Shown: piece after piece, positions 23,464 to 37,355 of the stretch
How the letters are laid out: the number at the start of each line of letters is the position of its first letter
Position numbering within the stretch: position 1 is the stretch's first letter
Assembly: GCF_963853765.1 (NCBI RefSeq)
Contig: NC_088857.1
Coordinates: forward strand, 46,004,001 to 46,068,000
Source of the DNA: Magallana gigas
Taxonomy: Eukaryota
Length of the DNA stretch: 64,000 nt
Reading direction: 5' to 3'
The notes under the pieces: model-generated
What the model was told of the DNA's origin: nothing
What the model saw: the letters and a program-made list of their open reading frames with translations, nothing else
Databases searched by the model: none
Made by a program: the position numbers and the translations under genes

Positions 23464-23901
23464 AACAGAGCAGAATTATCATTTAATTGATTATATCATA
23501 TAATTTGATAATCTAAATTATATAAGTGACTTAAACGGTCCAATATTTGACTGCTATTTTTAAACATCCCGAAGTATACAAACAGTTGTTTATATGTATT
23601 AAAGCTCCTCTGTACATTTATACCTAATATCTATTTTTAGATTTAAACTCAGTCAGATAAACATATAAGGTAAAAGTAATATAAGTAAGACTCATTATAA
23701 GTTGTTTACTCAAGAAAAGGAAAAAAATTGTATTTATTAATAATTCCGTATGATGTGATAATATCTCAATGATTTGTTTATAATCATAGTACTAGTGTAT
23801 GACTGTATGCATACATAAAAACGATAAGTAATGCTTATATTTATTGGTGAAACAAGACAGACTATTTATATTTAGATTATTTAGATACATGTACTAATCT
23901 T

Positions 23902-24180
23902 CATGCGCGGATCTAGAAAGGAGGGGGTCAGGGGATCTGGACCCCGTCCTCGGGAAAATTGGAGCTTATTAAATTTACATAGTAAAATTATTTAAAATTA
24001 GCCTAGGACCCCCTACAGAAAAAATAGCTACGCTTATGAAGTTCTCTACCATAACCGCATTTTTACACAAAAGGGGTGAAAAAACCCAGGTTTTAAACTA
24101 TTACTGGTGGTGAAATACCCCAGGGTTCAAACGCATCAGGTGGAAATGCACCAGGGCAAACAAAATCACTTAGATCCGCG
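23902..24180. mobile_element. MITE-like element with CGCGGATCTAG/TTAGATCCGCG inverted termini
   Basis: Termini 10/11 complementary; paralog 48663-48943. Confidence 0.6.
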
Positions 24181-24536
24181 AAGCACACTGCATTATTACT
24201 AGTCTACTTAAATATTCTGTGTTAAAGTAAATACAAATAATTATTTAGTTAGGTAGGGAGAAGTGAGCATTTATTTGTATATAAGAGCATGTACGGATGA
24301 TTTTTATTAAGAAAACAGCAGTTATACTCATCCCTTTCTCCTAAATGAGAGAAAAATCAAAAATCAAATAGTTGGTAAATACTGAAAACTTTTTACACCC
24401 CTACTGCTTGCGAAATGTACAATAAAACCTAAAACCTTTACAAAAAGGGGGCATCCAGAACATTTAGCACTATACGAATGCAAAATCAATATGAATGCAT
24501 TATTAACGTATGTTTATGCGTTTACAACTCTTCTAT

Positions 24537-24537
<1 letters not shown>

Positions 24538-24572
<35 letters not shown>
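24538..24572. repeat. (GA)n microsatellite upstream of A3
   Basis: Direct reading; paralog 49306-49330. Confidence 0.95.
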
Positions 24573-24575
<3 letters not shown>

Positions 24576-24761
24576 AACAGAGCAGAATTATCATTTAATT
24601 GATTATATCATATAATTTAAGTGACTCAAACGGTCCAATATTTGACTGCTATTTTTAAACATCCCGAAGTATACAAACAGTTGTATATATGTATTAAAGC
24701 TCCTCTGTACATTTATACCTAATATCTATTTTTAGATTTAAATTCAGTCATATAAACTGTG

Positions 24762-24941
24762 TCATATAAGGTAAAAGGGAGGAGACATCTCCTTGTTTGG
24801 AAATTGACTAAGTTCGATGAACAAGATTGTGTCCATTTCTGGCAGTGTTCTCAGAGATGACACGGTGTGTGGAGTATATAAGGCTGCCCGGTACCTCTAT
24901 TCCAGTCATACCAACAACTGCAAGACTAAAGCGATCCTGAG
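24762..24941 (+). promoter_or_regulatory. Actin A3 core promoter + non-coding exon 1
   Basis: Three CArG-like boxes, TATATAA 24875, donor 24941. Confidence 0.75.
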
Positions 24942-25522
24942 GTAAGAAATGATTTTAAAATAATTTTTAAAAAATAAAGAATTACATGTATTTGAATCAA
25001 CGTCGCCAACATTTAATTTTTACAGCTTGTGCTATTTTTCCCCCGGAGAAACTTGCATTAGTCTTAGTCTTTTGGACGAATTAAAATCGGAGCAATGTTT
25101 AACATGTTTCCGTTCGAGTTTCTAAATAAACTCAGGCACGTAGCATAGTTTTTGAAAGTGGGGGTTAGGTAGAGGGACAGATTTATCCCTAACCTTGACG
25201 ACCATACAAATTTAAAAAAATGAATTTTAAAACTTCGCAATTTTTCTAAATCATAATCTGTGGGGGAGGGAATGGTAGGAGAGTAAATTAAACTTCGATT
25301 TTAAGGATAATTTTTATAATTTTCCTTTTTTCCTTTAAATGCTCCTAAAAAGTGCGGGGGGGGGGGGTGGCCTCGTGTTAGTTATGTGTTAAAGTGGGTG
25401 AACGGTTGGGGTGAAGGCAGCCCCCTCCCTTATACTTCCTTGCTTCAAATTTTCTCCATACTCTCAATGTTTCATTACCTTTCAGAAACAAATTTCGGTA
25501 ACCAAACCAAAAATAACGTACC

Positions 25523-27539
25523 ATGCCTATTAACTTGGTTGAGGACGACGTTGCCTGTGTTGTGATTGACAATGGCTCGGGCATGTGTAAGGCGGGCTTT
25601 GCCGGAGATGACGCCCCGCGGGCCGTGTTTCCCGCCGTCACCGGACGACCGAGATACGACGTAAGGCAGCTGTTTTCTTGACAAGTCAATTTCATTCAGT
25701 ATCTTATTTTTAAAAATAAGTCTTCATCTAGAATCAACGAGATTCATTCTTCTAGATATTATTGCATATAAACCGGTTTACTAGCTTTGCGTACAAATAA
25801 AAATATAATAATATAGATAAAATACTTGTACATGTTCAATTCATATTTATAACGTAATTTTAATTTTTAGATTGTAATGGCGGGAATGGGAAGCAAGGAT
25901 TGCTACATTGGAGACGAGGCCCAGAGCCACCGGGGAGTTCTCTCCCTGAATTACCCAGTAGAACATGGCGTCGTCAATAACTGGGACGACATGGAGAAGA
26001 TCTGGCACCACACGTTCTACAACGAACTAAGGGTGGCTCCCGAGGACCACCCAGTGCTGCTGACTGAGGCACCACTCAATCCCAAATACAACAGGGAACA
26101 AATGACGCAGGTGATCATTTATTTATAAAAGTAAAAGAAATCATAGAGAATTTATTTTCTTTATTCATGTTATTTTTATCTTGAAGTGATTTAATATTAG
26201 TATTCGATTTTTTTTATTGATTTTTTTTTCAATTCTTTTAATGTAACATTAAATATTCAGATTATGTTCGAGACCTCAAGTGCCATTTTTCATTCTTTAT
26301 TAGAAAGCTTCATTTCAATTGTATATTATTGAAATGATCTTAACATCATTGGTTTAACCCTAAATCTTTTATTTCAACGTACAGATCATGTTTGAGACAT
26401 TCAACGTGCCCGGGTTCTACGTCAGTATCCAAGCCGTCCTCTCTCTGTACGGCGCCGGAAAAACAACAGGAATCGTGTTCGATTCGGGAGACGGCGTGTC
26501 TCACATCGTCCCTATATACGAAGGTAAATCGAAAGCAGCTGTGTTCCCACATTAAAACATTAATATAGGTGATACACTGAATAGTCAAATCTATAATGAA
26601 TACATTGTATATAAAATTTAATATATGAATCGATATTTTGCTCAGGTTACGCTCTTCCACATGCTATTAAGAGAGTGGACCTAGCAGGCAGAGATCTGAC
26701 CAAGTATCTACAAAGGATTCTTCATGAACGAGGATACAATTTTGTCAACTCTTGTAAGTATTTCAACTACTCCACTTTTGAAAAGAAAAGAAACATTTCT
26801 TAATAGAATTCGAAATGCTAATGGAAACACATTTGTTTAACTATTTCAGCCGAACAAGAAATCGTCCGTGACATCAAAGAAAACCTCTGTTACGTTGCTA
26901 TGGATTTTGAACAAGAACTCTGTGCCTCTGCACAATCCTCCGCACTGGAAAAATCTTACGAACTTCCGGACGGTCAAGTGATCACCATTGGAAACGAGCG
27001 TTTCCGGTGTCCGGAAGTGCTGTTCCAGCCATCCTTTACAGGTAGGTGGTCAGATTCTAGGTCTTTTATAAAGATTGGGTTTTTTGTATTGATATAGCAT
27101 ATTTTCGATTATAGGAAACCAAAACAATAGAAGATTTTATGCTCAATGGTTTTTTTTTTACATGAAATATAGGTGACAGTTATAAAAAAAATTAAGTATG
27201 GTTTCTCTTACAGGTCTAGAAGCGAGTGGAATACACGAACAGATCCACAACTCCATCATGGCGTGCGACATTGACATCAGAAGAGACATGTACAGTAACA
27301 TCGTGCTGTCAGGGGGCTCCACCATGTTTCCGGGGATCAAGGACAGACTAGCCAAGGAGGTCACGGCCGTTTCTCCCAGTTCAATGAAGGTCAAGATCAG
27401 CGCCGCGCCAGAGCGGAAATACTCAGTGTGGATCGGTGGATCTATTCTAGGTTCTCTGTCCACTTTCCAACGGATGTGGATCACCAAACAGGAGTACGAC
27501 GAATGTGGACCAGGAATAGTGCACAGGAAATGCTTTTGA
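25523..27539 (+). CDS. ACT: Divergent actin A3 (380 aa)
   Basis: Exons 25523-25660, 25871-26110, 26385-26523, 26646-26753, 26850-27041, 27214-27539; frame intact. Confidence 0.97.
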
Positions 27540-30500
27540 TATTGATCCACAGCTCGATACAATATTACCGATCTAGGGGTGACACTTCGGAGGTAAAATT
27601 AAGGACCATTGGGGTACAAGATTCCACTTTTCCGGAACTTCCTACATTGACGTTTCCAGGTTCCAAATTTCCCATCACATGACCGTCCAAGAGTGAATTC
27701 AGACAAGAATCAAATACATACACGTATGATGCGTTGTTGCAAGCCAGTACATCGTTTTCTGCGATTGTCGTCATAACCATGTACTATTTATATTATATGT
27801 TGTTGATACTCATTAGCGGCTTTTTGTTTATATTTGTTTTGTTATTCAAAAGAAGCCCCATACATTTATTTATCAATGTTAATGGCATAAAAAAATATCA
27901 ATAATGCTTGTTTTATTTATTGCATAGTTATTTCACACATGTTGTCACTTATTTTGATACTCTGTTTAATACGTGGATGATTATTATCGAATAAACATAT
28001 GAATAAAAGATAATTCAAGTTTCTTCTCGGTTTCTCTCCTTAAATGTGACACCCCCTCCCAAATATTATAAACAATACAAGTTTGGAAATGCTCGTTAAA
28101 GGATTGCATCTTTTTTTTTTAATTTGACGATTACATATAAGAATACTTTAAAATCATATTACTCTGCGTCGCCACAAACAAACTCTGAACGATATTTGAT
28201 TTATACACTATACTGATAAAAGATTGAATGGGAAAGAAAACTAAAACGAACTACAACTCTCCTCTTGTAAGGAACGTCGCATTGCTCAAGTCGTTCACGC
28301 GGATTCAAAGGTTCCCCTTTGAAATATGTTGATGAGATATTACATTGCGTACATGTCACATTTCAGTCAATGTTTGGATCAGCGAAATATTTTTTATCTG
28401 TCGGCCGTAAAACACATTCGGCTGACAAAAAAATATATCGACAGGGCGCAATCACAATCAGTCAATATATAACCTCTGAACCAACAACTTCAGTACTACC
28501 ATCTAAGAATCATCAGTGGTAGTATATTCTAATTAAAATTAAATCCATTGATCCACTCCAGTAGATCGCTACACAATTGGAGCAGATGAAGAGATCTAAT
28601 TTTATTTAGATTGGTGAAAATAAAGTTACCTTCAAGTGTTCAACATTTTTAAATATTAGTGAATAAGACCTAGTTAACTGAAAACCAAAGCTCTTGAAAC
28701 AGTTTAATTGGAATAATTTGGAAAAAATTGCTAGAACAGGTAATAGAATGTTCTTGCAACAATTGCACAAATGATAAAACATCATACGTGTAAACATAAA
28801 TTTGTTTGTTCTATGATGAAATGATAAAAATTCTGTTCCTTCATTGAAACAATATGAAATGTAGTGAAACACCACAATACAGATATAAAATATGAAAACA
28901 TAACAATTCTTTCATGAAAAACAATTGCAACAAAATGTTTGGAATAACAATACATGTATTTTACACAAAATAAAATAGTAAAACCCATCTTGATCATAGC
29001 ACCCTTAATTTGTTTTCTCTAACGAAGTATACCAATGTCACATGTCTCCCTACCCCTTACTATTAAAAGAGATAATGGTGATTTAAAACTGAAAAATATA
29101 AAAAAAAAAAATTAAAAAATCAGGGATTTGTTGAATGTGTTGCTAAACTATAAAATGAAAATTTGAGTACATGTGGATTACAATATCATGTAAAAAAAAA
29201 ATGGAAACTTAAAAATTCAGTTGATATTGTTAAATCTTTAAAGGGCTAAAGAGACATTATTCATTTATTAAATTCAATAAATTAAAAAATTCTAAACCAT
29301 CAAGCACATGTAACATACAATAATGCTACATCAAATGCATGTTATACATGTATTTTAATGTAAGAAAATAGAAAAAAAACTGCCTATGTATCAATATGAA
29401 ACATACATGTACATGTACACTGTACATGCTAGCAGTATGACCACCACTTCAACATAAAAGTCTTAGACAACAGTGCATGTAAATACAACAGCTATACAAT
29501 CACACAAATCAGAGGACACTGGAACAAGTATCTCTTCTTTGAAGAAATAATCATGATCAACTATAAAGTGGCATATTCTTTCTTTTAAAAAAAAGACGAT
29601 TTATAAAAATCAAGAGAATGCAGACCTTTCTAAAAATAGTTCTGTAAATATTGGAATAAAAAAACCACAAGTTGATGTAAATCATAATGGAAACAGTTAA
29701 TAAAAACAACTAAATTATTGCACTATAATAATGGATTTCTATAACCATGGAGATCAGTTATTATGGAATATACAAATGAAACAGAGAAATCAATTGCTAG
29801 AATGTCAACAACTTGGGACAACAAACGAAAACAGGGGAAGCATCAAGGAAAAGACAAAATACAGGACTGTCTTGTTTGTGAGGTAAATATAAACACCCAA
29901 AGCTTTGGAATTGCACCACACAAGACAGCAGCTGATTTGTTCCTTCATAAACTGAGTATATCATTATCATTAATCTTTCTTTAGGCATCAACTACAGCAT
30001 CCACCTTTTTTCTTCTTAACACCATCTTCCAAATGAAGGGCTTTTTCAATCTCATCATCTTCTTTTTCCTTTAAAATTCTAAAAAGAAAATTTAAAACAA
30101 TATGTAACAAACAATTAAAACAATCATATTAGATAATACAATTAAATGGATATTCCAATATATAAAAACTGTATAAATATTAAATACTACGTGTGAACAA
30201 TATTTGATGGAAAACAGATATTCAACAAGGTAGCATATATTTGATTTAGCACTTTTCTGAATTACCTATGTCAAAACATATATGCATATTTAACAATGCA
30301 CTGGATTGAGTTGAAGCTGCTTCAACCAAAATTTCAAAATATAATAGATATACTATAGTAATTGTTCTAATGTAATTAAAAGCTACACTAATCACCTGGC
30401 CAGAGATTCCATACACTCCTTTACTTTTGTTCCAGACTTGGCACTGACTTCAAAAAAGGAGGCATCATATTCCTGTTTAAAAAGCAGTTGTTAACTTGAA

Positions 30501-30721
30501 TATAAACCAAATGAATATTATTAGCAGCAACATGAATTATCTATGCCTGCATCACCGGAACCAGGGGTTTTCTATCTGTCCAGTGTAACAGATAGAAAAT
30601 ATGTGGCTTTTGACGATGCTATGCCCTGAAAGTAACCTACAATGACCTAAGAAAAATCACAAACTTCACAAAATAATCATGATGATGTCAGAATCGCATT
30701 CCCGTAGGAGACGAGACACAA

Positions 30722-30868
30722 TAGTAGCAAGATTATAATTTTACAAACAAGAAATTTCGTACTTTTTTATTTTTAGTTCGAGTCCTGTTGATGCCAACTT
30801 TCATTAGTATAGCAGATTCTATATTGATATGTTATACATTTAAAGATCAATACATCAGCATGCAATGT
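30722..30868. repeat. Dispersed repeat fragment in Rab intron
   Basis: tagtagcaa...ttacaaacaag(c/a)aatttcgtacttt...ttcattagta...tatattgatatg is also present at ~15809-15935, ~41780-41905 and ~60824-60970. Confidence 0.65.
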
Positions 30869-31140
30869 GCAAAATTGATACATTTCAAGCAAAATCCCAT
30901 AGGGTCCTATGTTAAAAATTAACAAACGTTGAGATGGCCCCTTAAACAAACGGTGTGGTAAATGTCTTATTTTTTTTTTTATCTTAAAATAATAATTATA
31001 TCAGTAGATATTCATGTTAAAAAAATTCAATCAAAAATCTAGGGCAGAACAAATTAGACCCAGCCTCGTTAAACAGTAATTCAGTGAATTTAACTTACTT
31101 TTTACACTCATCGTATTAATTTGTTAAAAAAAACCAATAA

Positions 31141-31252
31141 TTTTGATAATTCATGCAGGTTATGAAGGCGACGATCATTGCAGAAAAAATTTACATAATC
31201 TGCATTTTTTCTGCAATGTCGTCACCTTCATTTCCTGCATGAATCATCAAAA
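31141..31252. mobile_element. Palindromic MITE-like element in Rab intron
   Basis: ttttgataattcatgcagg...cattgcagaaaaaat pairs imperfectly with attttttctgcaatg...cctgcatgaatcatcaaaa; paralog 61245-61356. Confidence 0.65.
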
Positions 31253-34200
31253 AAAGCATTTTATTATTTAAATATATCCAAAATTAATGCATTCTTGATA
31301 TTCTAGTTGAACTGAAGTAACTGTATTAATGAAAACTTACAGCAGCTAATTTGTTGCCGTCCTTGACTTTCACTGCTCTTCTGTCCTGCTCTTCAATCAA
31401 GTATGTCTTGTTACCAACAAGAACCAAGGCTGTTCCTTCTTCCACCCCCTCCTGGATACTAGTGATCCAGTTCCTGACATTGGTAAAGGTGGCTTCAGTT
31501 GTAACGTCGTACATCAGAATCACTCCGTCTGCTTTTCGAAAGTACTGCTTGGTGATACTTCGAAACCTAGGAAGTAATTTCAATTAAGCACATGATCATA
31601 TTATAAGTGGACTGAGCTTAACAAACTTGTGGGTGCATCAACGAAGCAAAATAAATCATTTAAATATTGTTTTCAATTTGATTGTTTAACAAATAAAGAC
31701 TTGAATTTTAAAAATAAGAAATGGAAAAATCTTAAATTTACTCTTACATTTATATTAGTGAAATGACAACAATTTTAAAAGGACTGTGGGAGTTACCTTT
31801 CCTGGCCGGCTGTGTCCCACAGCTGGAGCACAATCACCTGCCCTTCCATCACTATACTCTTCACCTGAAAATCTACACCTGTAAAAGTCCAAACAAAACA
31901 ATTCAAGCCTCCATATCTATAAGTTCTTAGCCAATTGAACACATGCTTGGCACTAACAGTACTTGTACTGTATCATAAAATGAGGAGAAAACATGTATAA
32001 TATATGTCTACCGCTACTTTATTTAAATTTTTAGAGTGAAAGAAAAGTTACTGATCAGACTAATTCTGCTTTTACACTGACCTATGGTAGCACTGAATGT
32101 TGGGTTGAATTGATCGTTACAGAATCGATGTATGAAGCTGCTCTTGCCAACCCCTGAGTCTCCCACAAACACGACCTTAAACAGCCTCTGTCTGGGGGGT
32201 GGGGTCACTTCCTCATCAGTCTGTTAATGTAACAAACAAATCATGACAACATCAACCAATGCAAGGATAACATCTTATGAACTGTATAATTAAAACACTC
32301 CAACAAAATGAGAGAAATGTCTGCAACACATGACAATCTGTACCAATCCAATACAAATATTTTCATTTCAAAATAAAAATTAATATCATCAATCAAGAAT
32401 GATTGTTGAAACATATAAAAAATTGTGTGTAAGCCGAATTCTAAAGAGAGCCAATATTACTGCTTGTTTACAAAGTCATTTTAGCCCCTTATTTGCTTTC
32501 ACTTTATCAAAATATACAGAGATTTTACCCCATTTAAATTTTGAACACCAATGTAGTTCTGTTTAAAATTTCTATGACACAGTAGTTCTAAAAATATTTA
32601 AAGGCATTTTCGAAAAAACTTTCATTCCTTCAACCAGTAAGAGTTATGTACCTTATCTTCTCCAACAGGCTGCCCCCTTGGACTTTCAGGAACGATGCCA
32701 TTTCTGTTGTTAAAACAAATCCAGCAATAAATCAAAATGAATATCTATTTATTCAACAAAACAATGAAGCAAACTATGATGAAAACTAAATCATTAGTTT
32801 ACCCATCTAACTGGTCTTCACTGTCTTCCATTATGTTAGTATGTGATGTATCAACCCTGAAATTTGATGTTAGTTCTATGTATCAGGTTCATTAAATGTT
32901 ATAAACATAGCATTCAGACAGGTAGGGCAATGAAATATGAAATGAGTTAAAGGATTAGAAAAATGTTAGAAGGATGTTATTAAAAAGAAAAACTGTTCCC
33001 ATGCAAAACTCACTACATTAAATAATCACCTCTCTAGCTGACCAGGGAATTGAACCTACAACCTCCACCACCAGTATATAAACCACCCCAGTGAATCGGA
33101 CCCATAGTAGCAGGCACCAGTATCTGGCTAAGCTATACAAGTCCAAAGGGCTGAACATGGCTTCCAAATAGCAGGTCCCTCTTAAGAAAACATTCTCAAT
33201 ACTGCTTTTAATGCATACATTGATTTTCTAGTAGCACCCATGGACCACTTTCGGTTACCCCCTCTCTCTAGAACTTCTGTTTTAAAAGCAGGTGCTGCTA
33301 CTGATTTTTGTTCACTAGGGGCTAGTGTTTGTTCTTGATGTGAATGTTTGTCCAGTCGCATCATGTAATCCTCCATTGTTTCCATGAATATGGATTCTCT
33401 CCTTTGGTCGCCGTTCAATAAGTTTTCATATGCTGGTGCCACCTGCTGGTCAATATTGTCCCCTTCCTCCTCCAGATCTTCGCTGAAACAGTTTCCACCA
33501 CCATGGAATCTAGTTTTGTGCAAACTAAGCAAAAACCAGGTGAAATTAATGTTCTGTCTCTACAGGAATTCAACTGTCTACAGCAAAATGGTATTACTGT
33601 CGTATATACTGTCAATCACATTTTATCATTCTTTTTCTTCAAAAAAATCTTTTAACAAACTTATATTTTGATTTCAAAATTTTATTTTTTTTTCTTGACA
33701 TTAGGCACATGTGTTTCTACAATACAGTAATTGACAGCATTTGAACATTTGAAAACAGAATGTTAGCCAAGAATAATTCTGTCAGACTAAAAGCATAGTA
33801 ATGAATTCTAATATTACTCTCTTCTAAATGATTCCCCTCAAACCCTCATTTGGGGAAATATTTCTGCTGCTTATCAAGAGTTAGATGTTAATGAGATCCA
33901 CTTCAAACCCATATCTTCATAGCCATGCATACTAAAATTACCTATTCTCGTCAACTGTCGCTTTGTGAGCTTTCTTTCTCTGTCGTTTGTGCTGCTTGTG
34001 CCTTTCTCTGTTGACAAAAAACAATGTCTGTGTTAGAGCGATAAAAATACAGTAAGTAACAAGTACCAAGAATTTACAATCAAAGATCTGCTACATTTAA
34101 GTTTTTAATATACTGTCACTTACAAATCACTTTGACATATTCATTAAATTCGAGATATCGGTGTTCAAGATGTAAAAGTTCAACTGTACATGATCAAGTT

Positions 34201-37150
34201 TATATATTTCTCTCTAAATAATTTTAAACCAGATAAATTTAACAATCAAAAGGTAAAGAAAACGTTTCTATTACATTTACTTTGACAATGAAGTACTATT
34301 TCTTTATACTCCCTCAGTTAAGTGACAGAGGAGGTAATGAAATAGTAAAATTTTCCAACTTTCTCCAGAGGAGGATATTTAGAAAATTTGTTTTTCTTCC
34401 TAAAACAGTTTGAAATTAACCTCTTCTTTTTCTGGTCTGTTAAAATTGTATCACAATTTATTTAATGAATTGAATTTAACCAAGGAAAATACAGACTGAT
34501 GCAATATATTTTTCAAACAAAATTTAATATAAACCTTTGGAATCTTTCTCCTAAAGTACCCCATATATGGATATTTTATAAGCTATAGGTACCTGGTATT
34601 TCTAACATTGATTTCACCATCGCTGCTTGTCGTCTGATCCAAGTTGTGGCTGTCCTTAATTTCTGACCTCTGCGTCCCTATTCCATAATGACTATCTATA
34701 TGATCTAGCGACTGTGTTTGTTGATGTGATATGACCTCATCATCGCATTCTATGTCATCAGTGATGTCCGTGATGTCATGAAGTGAGTGATGATGAGGCG
34801 GAGATTCTTCTAAATCCTCGTCGTTCGAAAACTTCGAGATGGATTCTTGGGTGGAGTCCATTCTACCTCTGCGTAAAACAACAATTCTCCATAATTCAAC
34901 TGTATTGTACAATGATATCTTCAATCCATATTGGAACATATTTCACCTATTCTAAATTTGTTCCCATTCAATGAAATTTTCCAGGTAAAAGTGCATGAAT
35001 TTGCTTTAGGAGTTTCATATCTACATAAAATTTAATGCATCACTATAAAAGAAATGATAAAGGTACCCATTTATTTCACAGAAATAATTATATAAGTATC
35101 CAATTTCTTTCATAGAAATATCAGTTTGTGAGTGGTACACCAGTAGGTATACAGTACCTGCTTGGAGGGAAGTAGTTTCCGAGAATGGAGCCGCGTTTGG
35201 CTGGATCCTGGTTCCGGAAGCACTGCCTCTTTGCATTTGCTTCTGACTCCAAAATCTGTAACAGTTCACAAATGTATCTCCATTATTTTATAGTAAAAGA
35301 ACACCTTTTTATGGAAATGTTCACTAACAATTAAAATCTATGAAAGAAAGAAAAGAAAACATTTAACACATTCTGTACTTTTTATATGAATATCAATCTA
35401 CCTAAAATATCAATCTGTGATAACAACAGGAAGTCATTTAAAAAACTCCCACTAGATTTCCTCTACTGCTGGTACAAATTTCAGGTAAAACTAAGCATTA
35501 AATGCATTTCAACAAATCATATTTGTTCAAGGTGATTTTAAAAACTTGTGCAACAATAGTCAACTAACTTCTTTAGTTACTAACATGCAGGATTAAAAAA
35601 AAAAGTGAATTAATGCTAAAAATCTTTGTCACTATCTTTATTTGTCCAGAGGCATTGCTAATAGCACCATGCAATATGAAATCAATTCGTTAAATTCATC
35701 TTATTCAATTAGCTGCCTGCCATGCAATGAAATCTAGTAATATAAAGCAAATAACTGTGAAATAAGGAACTTGGATAAAATTAACTACAAACAAGAATGT
35801 AAATCAAAACTTCAACATAATTCAAAATCATTCCACTGGTGTTTGTTTGTTTGTCTGTTTGTTTACCTGGTGTAAATCATCTGAACTGTCCGTCTCACTG
35901 ACAGCAAACTGACAAAATGACAAACTGTCATCAAATTTCTATTCACTGCACTGACAAATCAATTGATATAAAATCAACCTATGATCAAGCTTCCCTGATC
36001 TCCAATATCAAGAAGACACTGTATCATCACATGTTTTATGATTAAAATACATATATGATTATTAGTTGTACGGTGTGCAAAAAATTGTATATATACTAGT
36101 GATTTCTTAAACGAATATGCAGAGTTCAGATTTCAATAAACACAAGACATTGTGCATTTCTCTGAAGATTTACTCCCATCTTAAGTTAGTTCTTAGTATT
36201 TCAATTGTCCCAAACTTTACCAAATGTTGGTTACTTCAACATGCACTTAGTTAAAATTACTAATCATCTAAAACTCTAAATAAAAGTCTGCATATTGTTT
36301 GTTTTGTACTTAGATGGTATGCAATAATGACATATAGTGCTGTCCTATCCAATAATGAAGAAGATCATATACATGTACTAGAAATAGATATGAAAGAGAA
36401 AATGAGATAGTGTTGTTTGATGGAAAGAGCTGCTTATATGTTGGAGGATATCTAAATAAAAGCTCATATGTACCCGCCTTGTTTCTGCCTCATCCTTGTC
36501 ATCACGAAGCTTCTTGTTCACATCTCTGGTGATTAAAAAGAAATACACAAATCAGAATGGTTATGAACTTTTGGTGAAGCAAAATTCAAACAGTGAAACT
36601 CCTCATCTACAGATGGAGGTTTAGATACCTACCTCAATAAATCAAGTTGTTTGACCAGACTTTCTCTTTCTAATGCAATATTTTCGGTTAAATGCAAAGC
36701 TGCTCTGTTGAATAAAAGAAAGAAGTAATACTTAACAAAGATATTCTATATCATTACCTAGTACAAGAAAAAAATCCATCCAGACACAAAGAATTATTTT
36801 CCTTAGGTTTCGAAGAGACTAATCACAACAATACTTTTAACATTACTTTGATTGGTATAATGCATCTAGGATTATATGTACACGCATTGGTATCATCTCT
36901 GTGTGACAATTCGTGTAACAAACTCGTAGACTGCCTCCACATACCTTGCTCTCTCACGTTTTTCGTCCTTCTGTTGGGATCTCAGCTGTCCTATGTAGGA
37001 CTTGGATTCTTCCAGGCTTTCCTGGGACTGCTGTAACATCTCCTCTAAAGCTTCTTTCTCCTGGAAAACCATAAACAAATGTCAGTCTCAATATTCATCC
37101 CAAAACCCTATTATCATAAGCACAGGTATGAATAGATTTGAAGTGAAATA

Positions 37151-37355
37151 CTGTGGTTTCATAAATATTCAAGGGTATCAATATTTGTGGATAAAGTAAA
37201 ATTCACAGTTTCAACGATATATAAATTTGTGGCCAATGACCCTATTAATACAAAAGTTAATAGAAACTGCACTTCAATGAACATTTAATTTGTGGATCAA
37301 CTTAACAATGAAATCAACGAAAATTGGTATTCAACGAATATTGATGAAACCGCAA
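37151..37355. mobile_element. TA-flanked MITE (Tc1/mariner-like) in Rab intron
   Basis: TA|ctgtggtttcataaatattc ... gaatattgatgaaaccgcaa|TA; ~20-bp TIR with 3 mismatches. Confidence 0.7.

Noticed and set aside
23255-23482. ORF with an SLSLSL run (also 48022-48243)
   Set aside because: Translation of a (GA)n microsatellite.
28606-28997. Repeated ORFs MVFHYISYCF... and MIKMGFTILF... (also at 53.4-53.8 kb and 58.7-59.1 kb)
   Set aside because: Low-complexity AT-rich 3' flank; recurrence is due to the duplications, not coding constraint.
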